A DNA stretch of 49,298 bases from Octopus bimaculoides. Taxonomy: Eukaryota. The notes beneath the pieces are model-generated. The model was not told the origin of the DNA and ran no database searches. It saw only the letters and a list, made by a program, of their open reading frames with translations. The DNA lies in contig NC_068998.1 of the NCBI RefSeq assembly GCF_001194135.2, forward strand, positions 29,105,320-29,154,617, in the 5' to 3' direction. This document shows, one piece after another, positions 34,418 to 45,049 of the stretch (positions within the stretch are counted from its first letter, which is position 1; the number at the start of each line of letters is the position of its first letter). The position numbers and the translations under genes are program-made.

Positions 34418-35208
34418 TATTTCATAAAATTAACCACAAGGGCTTTACACAGAAGTAGTTGCGGGCTGGACAATGTTTGTAGATCTCTAGTTCTCAATTG
34501 CATGATTCTGTTAAATTATGTTGGAATTAAATCAGCTTTGTGAATTGACAATGAGGTACACCTCGAAAAGGCTTACAGTGTATTGTACTTGGATTCTTTA
34601 AATCCAATTTTTATATCTCACACTCACACACACAAATATATTAAAACAAAGACTGGAATTTATGGTATTATTTTAATATTGTGGTTACGTTTCATTACAA
34701 CGTGAGAAATACATTTTATAAGCATGATATTTATATTAATAATGATATAAATATAATGAATTCATAATAAAATATATATATACATACATACATTTAGATC
34801 TTTTCCAATGTGAAAATGTTCTGTCTTGGTTTTGAAATGATACTATGATGTAATGAAACATTTGTAATTACAGTATTAAAATAGTACGGAAATTGCAGTC
34901 ATTATTTTAATACATACTTACTATACAAATAGTATATTTGGTCAGGAATTTCAAGTTGCATGTATGATTTTCTTCATTAAAATAAAACATCTGCATACAC
35001 ACAATTGATAGCTGGAATACACAGACGTGCTTCATGAAGACACAACTAGAATTATAATCCCTTCTATTTACTTATATACATATATGTGTGTGTGGGGGTA
35101 TTTTTGTTTTTATTTTTGCATTTACAATTTATTCATTCACCCCGACCACGAGCTGGCATACACAGGTGCTTACAATTGTCAAGTATTACCTCTAACATTT
35201 ACTTTACC

Positions 35209-35260
<52 letters not shown>

Positions 35261-35549
35261 GTACATAAATCTGTATTCATGTGGGAGTATATAAACATAT
35301 ATGGTGTGATTTATTGATCATGATATATAACCAATGTTTAGAACACCTTGCATTTAGCTATATTTTTAAAAATCCACATGAGAGTAGCAAGCATGTTATT
35401 ATCCAGATTCCTTTCTGTAGTTCTATTCCAATCTTTCAAACGTAGAGTACAAATGTAAAACAAATTTGGAGATAAATATTTATTGAATACATACATCAAT
35501 ATAGCTCTGTCAATCTAACTCTTTACCTGTCTTTATATTTTATCTTTTA

Positions 35550-35730
35550 TTTGTTGGTCAGTGGACAGTGGAAATACTGGGGCACTGCCTAGAAGGGTTT
35601 AATTGAATGCTACCTATTTTCTAAGTACGTATTCTATCAATCTCTTTTGCCAAACTGCAAACGTACAAAGACATAAACATACCAACATCAGTTGTCAAGC
35701 AATGGTGGGGAACAACCACACATAAATACA
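35550..35730 (-). mobile_element. SINE family B tail half, separated from its probable head at 36948-37085
   Basis: TATTCTATC..CTCTTTTGCCAAACTGC...ACCAACATCAGTTGTCAAGCAATGGTGGGG matches the tails of the other copies. Confidence 0.7.
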
Positions 35731-35749
35731 TATGTATGTGAATATATGT

Positions 35750-35950
35750 AGTAGATTTAGAAACATTGCAAACTTATTGATTTCTCCACAGATTGTAAAG
35801 AAAATGTCAAACAGCCTTAATCAATTTTCAAACCCTATTGAGTTCTCATCAGAGGTGTTTACATCATTTGATCAATCCCAGAGAAATAAGTAACCAATTT
35901 GTTTATATACACAACAAGTCCAATATATTTTAATATCAGCGGCCTGCCAA
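35750..35950 (+). repeat. Unclassified ~200-265-bp interspersed repeat; further copies at about 39985-40220 and 40250-40325
   Basis: Shared TAGA..TAGAAACATTG.AAACTTA.TGATTTCT.CACAGATTG...TACATCATTTGA..AATCC.AGAGAAATAAGTA. Confidence 0.7.
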
Positions 35951-35973
35951 CAATATGTATGCACATATATACA

Positions 35974-36019
<46 letters not shown>

Positions 36020-36020
<1 letters not shown>

Positions 36021-36933
36021 GAGGAGGTACCTAGAAGTAACCAGAAATGTTCTCTGTGGGACAAGCTCATTGTAGTTCAGGCTTCCGCCGCTAGAAATCA
36101 CTTGATGCAACCTTTAGGCATCAGTCTGCTGACTGGCGTCATTGAGTAAAGTCATACTGCCACGTAGTGTGTCTTTGTTTTGCAGTGCTTCTTCCCTGTT
36201 TGTTCATTCTTGCAATGGATGAAATGAAGAAACAGTGTGCTTCTATGAAATTCTGTTTTCTGTTGAGGCAAACGGCAGTTGAAACAATTATCATGCTTCC
36301 AACAGCTTACAAGGAGGCTGGCATGAGCAAAACACAAGTTTAAGAGTGGTTTTCACACTTTTGGAATGGGCTCTTGTTGCTTGAAGACAAACCTTGTTCA
36401 GGGCGACAGTAGCACCAACCCCAGAACAAATGAAAACAACATGAAAATTCATGATCTGATCTTGGAGGACCATCACCGAACAATTCATGAATTTGATATG
36501 ACTGGTGTGTCCTGGAGCTCCTACCAACGAATTTTGAGTGAGGAAAAGAGTTGCAATAAAAGCTGTGCCTTGCTTGCTCACAGAAGATCAAAAGCAGTCA
36601 TGACTGAATGTGTGCCATGAACTAAAAGAACAGATGGAAGTTGATCTTGCTCCCAGCAGCTTTTATTTATCTTTTCTTTTTTTTTTCTTTGAATGAAAGA
36701 AGTCCTTAAAGGAAAACGTTTTGCAGACGTGGAAGAGGTGAAGAAAAAATGACTGAAGCGTTAAAAAGCATCACTTCAGAAGAGTTCCAGGATTGTTTCG
36801 AACAGGGGAAAATGCATCTGGACTGATGCATTGCTTCAAATGGATAATATTTTGCAGGTGATAAAAGAGTAAACCTGTAAAACTAAGTGAACAAAATATT
36901 GCAAAATTACGGATTCTTTGGGATACACCCTCG
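36020..36933 (+). mobile_element. Mariner-family transposon relic (914 bp) with internal deletion
   Basis: N-terminal MKFCFLLRQTAVETIIML..AYKEAGMSKTQV*EWF...LEDKPCSGR; C-terminal DLAP...LKGKRFADVEEVKK...FQDCFEQ. Degenerate TIRs (yGAGG..GTA.C..AAG.A.CC) with TA on both flanks. Confidence 0.88.
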
Positions 36934-36947
36934 TACACACACACACA

Positions 36948-37085
36948 CAATGGGCTTCTTTCAGTTTTGATCTATCAAATCCATTCACAAGGCTTAGCAG
37001 AAAACACTTGTTGAACCAATTGTGCATTGGACTGAAGCCAAAGCCAAATGGTTTGAAAGCAAGCTTCTTAACCATAATCACACCT
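36948..37085 (-). mobile_element. SINE family B head half
   Basis: ATGGGCTTCTTTCAGTTT...AAATCCATTCACAAGGCTT...CTTCTTAACCA, homologous to the other heads. Confidence 0.75.
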
Positions 37086-37496
37086 GTGCTTTTGTATGTG
37101 TGTAAGATCTTTCCCAAACAAACAGATTCAATTAAGCATTAAAGATACCATACGAATATAGTGCAGTATTCATTAGGTAGTATTCTGTCCTCTTAAGCTA
37201 ATGATTCTAATTATATTATTCACACTCTTTCATGATTCATTATTAATATTTTGCTCTGTATCACAATGTCTCACAGTCAATGCTTGTAGAGGACAGTGAC
37301 AAAGTAATATCGAGTTCTAATGAACAGTTCTTTGTTCTGCTAAGGCAAAGCAGATTAATAAAGGAAGAAAGGGCAGACATACAGATGGATATACATAGCA
37401 AGACTAAGATATCACTACATATATATATATAGGGATATATATAAAATGTACTGTTCTGTGATAGAAAATTCAATAAAAAAAGTACTCCATCTGATG

Positions 37497-38845
37497 AGAG
37501 ATAAATATTATTGCTTTAAAGGGCACAATACATGTATTTAAGTGCTACAAATAGTTTCATATGTTGAGAAATACTCAAACATATTCTTCAGATACAAACT
37601 ACATATCATAACAAATTAAAAAGGTTGAATAATAGAATCGCAAAAAAATTGAGAAAGCAGCATATAGAAAATGCAGACATTAAAAACGGAAAACGAAAAC
37701 AAAAAGACTAAAATGTAAAAGAGCTCTCCTCCTTAGACCTTAAATGATAAGGCTGGAAAGATATAAAGTTAGTCAGGAATAGGTGGAATTTTCCAATTCT
37801 TCAGAATATATTTATACATATGCATGCAACTACTGAAAATTTCTGACCTAGAGTTCAAGAGAGAGTTAGGGATCTAAGAGCTGAACAGGATCTGCACTTT
37901 TTCAGCTAAACAAAGTCTATATTTATTTGTTCCATTCACATAAGGTGTAGATTTCTCAATTACTTTCCATTTAATCACATGCAGTGTTTCGTTATCTTTC
38001 AAAGTCCATACGTAGCTAGCCAAAAATAAAGTTACTAGGTTGGCTACCTACGTATGGACTTTGAAAGATAACGAAATATCGCATGTGGTTAAATGGAAAC
38101 TAATTGAGAAATCCATACCTTCTGTGAATGGGTCGAATAAGAGTAGGCTTTGTTTAGCTGAAAGAGTGCAGATTCAGTTCAGATCTAAGATCCCTAACTT
38201 TCTATTGAAATTTTCATGCATATATATAAAAAATTAACAGAATGAGATAAAAATCCAAGCTGGTGAAAGATTTCAGAACATTTACAAAAAGGTTTTACAA
38301 CTGTTTCCGGGATATTTTATATATCCCTTCATTGGAGACAGTGCAAGAAAATGGTTACGCAATAGTTATTTTAGAGAAGATATGAAATAGAGAGTGAAGT
38401 GGAGGAATGAAAACAGACATGAGATATGCAGGGATATTGTATAGCACTTACTCAGCATTACCTGACACCTTTGAGTCTTCTTGACACCATTACCTCTCAT
38501 AAGTGGTTGTATGCATGTGTATAAATATATTTTGAAGACTTGGAAAATTCTGCCTATTCCTGACTGACTTGATATCTTTCCAGCCTTATCATTTAAGATC
38601 TAAGGAGGATAGCTCTTTTGCTTTTTTACATTTTAGTTGTTTTGTTTTTGTTTTCTGTTTCTTACTTTCTGCATTTTCTATATGCTGCCTTCTCAATTTT
38701 TTCACGTTTCTTCTATTATTCAATTTTTAAAGTTTGTTATGATATGTGGTTTGCACCTGAAGAATATGTTTGAGTATTTCTCAACATATGAAACTATTAG
38801 CAGCACTTAAATACATGTATTGTATCCTTTAAATAAATAATATCT
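37497..38845. mobile_element. Head-to-head inverted pair of 5'-truncated Penelope-like 3' ends (endonuclease C-terminus + terminal region), 16-bp spacer at 38024-38039
   Basis: Both arms begin TTGGCTA(C/G)CTACGTATGGACTTTGAAAGATAAC (LATYVWTLKDNE...KWKLIEKS...RLCLAE). The right arm has an insertion at about 38240-38510. About 85% identity by eye. Confidence 0.88.
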
Positions 38846-38898
38846 ATATATATGTAAACAAAATCAAACGAACATACACAAAGTGTGTGTGTTGTTAG

Positions 38899-39048
38899 TT
38901 CATGGGTTGGTTGCATTTTAGACGCAAGAGAATACTTTCTCAATGCGCCTGGTGTCAAAAACACTTGAAAGTCATAAGCAAGTGAGACATCTCACCAAGC
39001 GCATTAAAAAAGTGTTCTCTTATGCCTAGAATGCAGCCGACCTATGAA
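38899..39048. repeat. ~150-nt fold-back (MITE-like hairpin); the right arm and flank recur at about 39835-39970
   Basis: 38899-38954 pairs with 38993-39048, with an inner CACTTG/CAAGTG helix. Confidence 0.75.
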
Positions 39049-39187
39049 TGAACAACACACACACCTTGTGTATGTGTGTTCAATTTTGTTTATATATCTT
39101 GAGAAGCTTCTGATTCATATTTGAATTTTTCCCATTATATGAAAGGTTGGGAGATGGCAGCAAATGGTTCCTAAACCATGTAGCATA

Positions 39188-39664
39188 CAGTAATCACTCA
39201 CCATATTACGGTTCACCTATTGTGCCCTCAGTACATCATGGATTTTTCTGGCTAATAAATGTAAATGTATATCACGGACTCCTCAGTATATTGCAGGTTT
39301 CTGCGGCCGGTAGGTATTTATATATTTTTAGATTTTAATTATTTCTGTGGTGAAATAAGCATTTTCACGCCTAAAAATTAATAAATAAAAATACAGTACA
39401 GTATTGCATAGTATAACTAATTAATTAAAATATATTAAAAGAAAATATGTAGTGTACCATAGATGAGTAAACAAAGAATCGCACATACTGCATGGAAAAC
39501 GAAACTCGGGAAACAAGTGTGTGATGTTTTGCATTTATAATAGAATATGTACAAATTATAAAAATAATCAAAAAAAAAAATACAGTACAGTACTGTTTCT
39601 ACTTCACGGATTTTTACCTAACGTGGTTCGGAATGTAACACCTGCGATAGTTGAGGGATTACTG
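39188..39664. mobile_element. pogo/Tigger-type MITE (477 bp)
   Basis: TIR CAGTAATC(A/C)CTCA...TGAGGGATTACTG with TA on both sides; no ORF. Confidence 0.85.
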
Positions 39665-42600
39665 TATATATATATACATATTATCATAGTTGACAATATA
39701 GCTTGCAATGGGCCTCGTTTGGTATGCAACATTGGAAAGTCACAAGAATGACGAAACATCAATGTCTGTTGCTCCGAGAAGGGACATGATGTGAGTTGTC
39801 TCGCTTGCATATGACTTACTTTCAGGTGTTTTTAGCACAAGGCACAACTGAAAATATATTCTTTTACACCTAAAACACAGCCAACCCACAATGTAACGAC
39901 ATGCACACCTTGTATGTATGTGTTCAATTCTGTTTATATACCTCGAGCTGCTTCTAATTCATATTTGAATATATATATATTTAATAGACATATAAACATG
40001 GTAAACTTAATGATTTCTTCACAGATTGAATAAAATGATGACCAGCCTTATTTGCTTTTCAAACCTGATTGTGTTTTCATTAGAAGTCTCTACATCATTT
40101 GACAAATCCAAGAGAAAATAAGTAGCTAATCTGTTTATATACAAATCCAGTAGCTTCAAGGAACTGGAGTTACTAATTTGCAATATCACTACATTTAACA
40201 TCAAGGGCCTATCAGTGGGGATCTCAGGCCACATAGTATCAAGGTATGGATATATGTAAACCTACAGAGTAGACATAGAAACATTGTAAATTTAACTGTC
40301 TTTCTGTGTATTGTAAAAATGAACAACTTTTCACTGAGTTTCGAACCTTATTGGGCTCTCATTAGGTGTCTATGTCATTTGACCAATCCTGAAGAAAATG
40401 AGAAGCCAATCTTTTTTTTAGGCAAATAAAATTATAAATGATAACATTTAAATATTGGGTTAAAATCTTTGGATAGAAAAAAGAAATCAAAAGCTGCCCA
40501 TGGAACATGAACCCACAAATGTAAACATGACAGGCTTTCAACCATTGGACCAAAGCAATCCTTCACATTTCTGTCCATTTTAGATACTTAATTCTTTACA
40601 CACACACACACTTATACACAAGATATAAAGATGTGTGTGTGTGTACTTTTCAGGTGAATGGAAACTAATATAGAAATTGGCTTCAATGTCAATATATTGT
40701 TTTTTTTTTGTAGAAATTTACTAATTGAGAAAAATATTTCTTGCATGAACTGTCATGAACTGCAGGTAAACTATTTTTAAAGCAGTAATGAAAATTAACA
40801 AAGGATTAATTGAAATGTAAGAGATGAATTTCTGGAGATGTTACCCATCTGACACTCCAACCACTATGTGTTATTCATTCTCAATCTCACTGCATTCCAC
40901 TGTTAGAGAGATAATCAAAGAGAGAAGGAGGGAAACAAACAATGTTACATATACGTATACCATTGCTTTCATCAGCATTCACTCTCCTTCCCCTCTCTCT
41001 CAGACGATGTTTCTTTATGTGCGTCTCTCATTCTCTTTCTTTTTTTCCACTAAATTTGACATTGACTCTGAAGTTTCTTTGAAAGTCACTTAAGAAGTTT
41101 GCAATGAAAGGTGTCTTTGAATGTGCTTGTTCTGTTTTGCTAAACCATACTTATACACATATGAATAGATGTAAGCAGATGGATAACTGGTCCTCAGAAT
41201 TCCTCTAAATACACATTGTTAAGAATTTAGTATTATCATGTTATTGTATGTTGCTGTGAATATAAATCTGTCATCTTTTCCAACACTCTAAGACTATGTC
41301 TGTACATACAAGACAGCATACTTCTGGTAGCATGGATTATTATGCTAATTAGCTTCAAATCAGTTTTAATAAATACCCAAATATTTAAATCAGCAAGATC
41401 TATTCCACCAATGATGGTATGGAGGTAAAAATATATAAAAGATCACATCATATTTATAAACAAATAAGTATCCCTCATGGGATAATATTTTTTCTTTAAT
41501 TTTTATCATTGTCATGATAGTCATCATCCCCACTCATTAATGAGCAAATATAATCTGAACATAAGAACAAACATACACTTCTGTTGGAAAGTAACTACAG
41601 AAGATTATGCCATCAAAATTTCCTTTGATTCTTTTGTCTTTTGATAACCTAATTGATTTGTTTTAATAAAATTTACTTTTTATTTATAACGATATGAGAT
41701 TCTATGTTGCAACTGTAATTTACTAAGAGTTTATTTCTTGTATTCATGTATTGCACATTTAGTAGTGAAATTTATGACAATATAGAACAATGATTAATGA
41801 TTTTCTGTCAGACCCAAATTCCAGTTTTAAATTGAAATCAGTTATTTCATTTAAATTTTAAGTTCAACTTGAAATTTAGAGATTATTAATAATAATAATT
41901 ATTGGACAGTCGTAGCATCAGCTTTATGGTTAAAGTAAGTGACCATTTAGCAACCTTTTAGCATTATGCATTTGGTTCACACCCTACTCGCATTACCATG
42001 TTATAGCTTTTATACTTTTACTGTGAAAATTGGGTATAATGAAAGGAATCTTGTTTGAGCTGAAACACAGGAGAGTAGAAACCACCTCTGTAAATGATGT
42101 CAGCCATCTTGGAAATTAAAGTGGTAAAGAAACAGGAGGAATACAGCCTCATAAAGGAAACAAGACTTGAAGTAGGTTTGGAAGCACTAAGATAGTTAAT
42201 TAAGTCTCTGAGAAACAGAAACTACTGAAATAAAGGTAGAGATAGTGAAGTGAGAAAGCTAGAGGCTGGAATATGCTGGTTAGTAAATCCATGCCAATTA
42301 GTCCAATGGTTTGTTTTGGGATGTGGTTTAGCAGCATCACCATCTCAAATGTAGAAGCAGTATCTCATTATGGGTTCCATTTGAGCTTTGTATCAATTGT
42401 TGAGAGTTGAAGTATTTTCTGGTCAGTCTTTGGGCTTTGATGTGTTGTGAATGTGAATTATCAGTGATTATAAGTCCCAACATGACTGACAGTTATCGAA
42501 GATCAAAGCAATCTAAATGTAATGTGGATATTAATATTGAAAATATAAACTTTGAAGATGAAGTTAATAATTGGGAAAATGAGAGTGCTATTAACAACTT

Positions 42601-43296
42601 ATCTCAGATATTTAGCTAGTTAACAGACTAAGATAAATTCTAGCACATTATTAAGACATGAAATAGATAGCATTTTAAAATGGCTGCCTCGAGCCAAATA
42701 TGATCTCAAACAATTTGCATTTAGTTAAGTCATTTCTCAGAATGTATTAAAGATGCACAGTAAAAGTAGTAATGGGATGAACCCTACCAAGGTAAATACA
42801 CAGGTATTCTAAGCAAAACCAGTACAGAATAATACTAATTTGGTCTAGATAAGTCTTTTAACAAACAGCTGAAATGAGATAAAGTGGCCAATTATAACTT
42901 TTCACATTCAATATAATATAGTCCTTTGTTATCAAAATTAACTCATAATTCTTATCAGTAATGATATTTCATCTATTTAATTTTAGTTAATTTCTTATTT
43001 TTATTCAAATTTTTAAGGTAGCTGACTTCGTAAAGTTTTCAACAGCTTTCATTCACAGCACTTAGCTTCACCTGCTGTATACGCCACAAATCATACTGTA
43101 TAAAACACAGTAGTATCAATTAATTGCACAAATACAGAATTCAGGATAACTCAACCTCTTCCTTTGAAGGAGAAAGATAGAAAAGATAAGAAGATATAGA
43201 TACACCTGTCTGTAGGATATTATTATAAAAAGAATCCTTTAATGAAGCAGTGTATAGTTTGTGTGTCTGTACATGTCTGTATACATTTTTAAATGA

Positions 43297-43302
43297 TTTA
43301 TT
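43297..43302 (-). promoter_or_regulatory. Candidate poly(A) signal of the CCCH gene
   Basis: AATAAA on the minus strand about 38 nt after the stop codon. Motif only. Confidence 0.3.
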
Positions 43303-43339
43303 GGATATCTAAAGAAAGTCAGATGGATGCAGCTGCATA

Positions 43340-43496
43340 CTACTTCACTTTGTGCCAGGGTTTCAAATCGATACCTTTGTGATCAGGAAAATGGTGGTAG
43401 TGGCACTTGTCACCAAATTGGCAGCCTGTTGTTCTCCAGAAGTAGCATTCGTTACCATTCACTGGACCAGACTGTTTTGGTAAATTGTAACGGAAT
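43340..43496 (-). CDS. Terminal coding exon of an unidentified CCCH (C3H1-type) zinc-finger gene
   Basis: Minus-strand polypyrimidine acceptor tttctctctcttccactag| at 43497-43498, then xFRYNLPKQSGPVNGNECYFWRTTGCQFGDKCHYHHFPDHKGIDLKPWHKVK*. Spacing is C-x7-C-x5-C-x3-H. Upstream exons were not identified in the window. Confidence 0.75.
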
Positions 43497-43937
43497 CTAG
43501 TGGAAGAGAGAGAAACAGTATCAAGTTTAGACAAATTATTCAAGATGAAACTGGTGGAGAGTAGAGGACAGTAGCAAAGAAATAAGAGAGGACAAAAGAA
43601 AGGATGATAATTTGGTGATGATAAAAGATGAGAAGAGATAAAGTACTAATGTTGGCAGTGAGAGAATAAAAGAATAGCGATGAAAAGCTAACAATAAATG
43701 ATTTACTGAATCATTTTTCATAATAAACTGCAACAGAATAAACTAATTTAAACAACCTTTTCATTAACATCATTTCATTATAGTGTCAAAAGAAAATGAA
43801 ATAATTAAAATTAAACATATTTGGAAAAGCATATATTTTTTTACAAGAATTGGAGCCAAATTTTGACAGGGCTAACAGGTTTCATTAACTCTAAAGGATT
43901 TAGTGTGACATTCATAGAAATTTTTATCATTCATACT

Positions 43938-44079
43938 CAGGCATGGCTGTGTAGTAAGAAGCTTGCTCCCCAATAACTTCAGTCCTATTGCATGGCATGT
44001 TGGGCAAATGTCTTCTACTATAGCCTCAGTACAATCAAAACCTTGAGAGTGGATTTGGTAGGAAGAAACTGAAAGAAGC

Positions 44080-44085
<6 letters not shown>
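43938..44085 (+). mobile_element. SINE family B head
   Basis: CAGGCATGGCTGTGTAGTAAGAAGCTTG...GAAACTGAAAGAAGCCCATC. Confidence 0.8.
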
Positions 44086-44113
<28 letters not shown>

Positions 44114-44539
44114 GCAAAAACATGATCACTCTTGAACTTTAGCTGCCCACATTGTGGCTTTTTACTTTTAGCTACCCATTCTGGATTGCCATGTGATGGT
44201 CAGGTTCGTTTAACTTTATTTGGATCATCCTCCCTTTAATGTGGTGGACTAACCTAGCATCTGTACATCAGCTATAAAATGGGAACATTTTGGCCCGTTA
44301 AACTTGGGGAGGTAAGTTTTGCTACAAGTAACCTTGAATCTTTGATGTGAGAACAGTTTGATTTCACTTTGCAGTTTTCAGCAAACTGTGAATAAGGTGC
44401 AAGTTTGAAGTACTTGTCGATAACTTTTTCTTTTCTCTTCGTCCTCTAATAATAATTGCCCATCTTTCTAGGCTCCTCTCACAGCTGTCCAGCATTCAAA
44501 AATTATATGGGTATTTTACAAAATTTTCATCCAATAAAT

Positions 44540-44670
44540 CATCATCATCATTTAACGTCCACTTTCCATGCTAGCATGGGTTGGACGATTTGACTGGAGA
44601 CTGGCGAAGCGGATGGCTACACCAGACTCCAATCTGATCTGGCAGAGTTTCTACAGCTGGATGCCTTTCT
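44540..44670 (-). mobile_element. Short RTE 3'-end fragment
   Basis: Reverse complement of the 18145-18256 and 20930-21060 terminal sequence, with (CAT)n. Confidence 0.85.
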
Positions 44671-44999
44671 GCAAATGTTTTTACATTAAATATACATTAA
44701 TAGCGAATTAAAAGAGAAAGTGAGAGACTTTGCAAATGAAAATGGAATACTCTGCAGTGAATGCAATGAATATTTAAATTTGTGATGAAACTGGATGCAG
44801 TGAATATTCAAATTTGGGAAAAATTGGATTTAAAAAAATTCAATAAACTTAAGAAATCGAAATTATAGGAAATGTTTCAGAACATGAATTTATAAAAATA
44901 TTTCCACACAGTCAACCCTTTAATAATTGCTTTCTTTTTCTTTTAGTACTTTTCGTAATTGTTATATACCTAATTAATAAACAGCTTTGTCCATTATAG

Positions 45000-45031
<32 letters not shown>

Positions 45032-45049
45032 TAGAGTTGAACGCAGGTG

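Noticed and set aside
37494-37501. CTGATGAG, also CTGATGA near 30512
   Set aside because: No downstream stem II-GAAA at a suitable distance; chance matches.
42407-42619. 70-aa acidic/Asn-rich plus-strand ORF
   Set aside because: No motif or splice evidence.
44172-44311. Plus-strand exon-like segment (ttttag|...GAG|gtaagt)
   Set aside because: Stops in all three frames and no link to either gene; cannot be supported as a coding exon.
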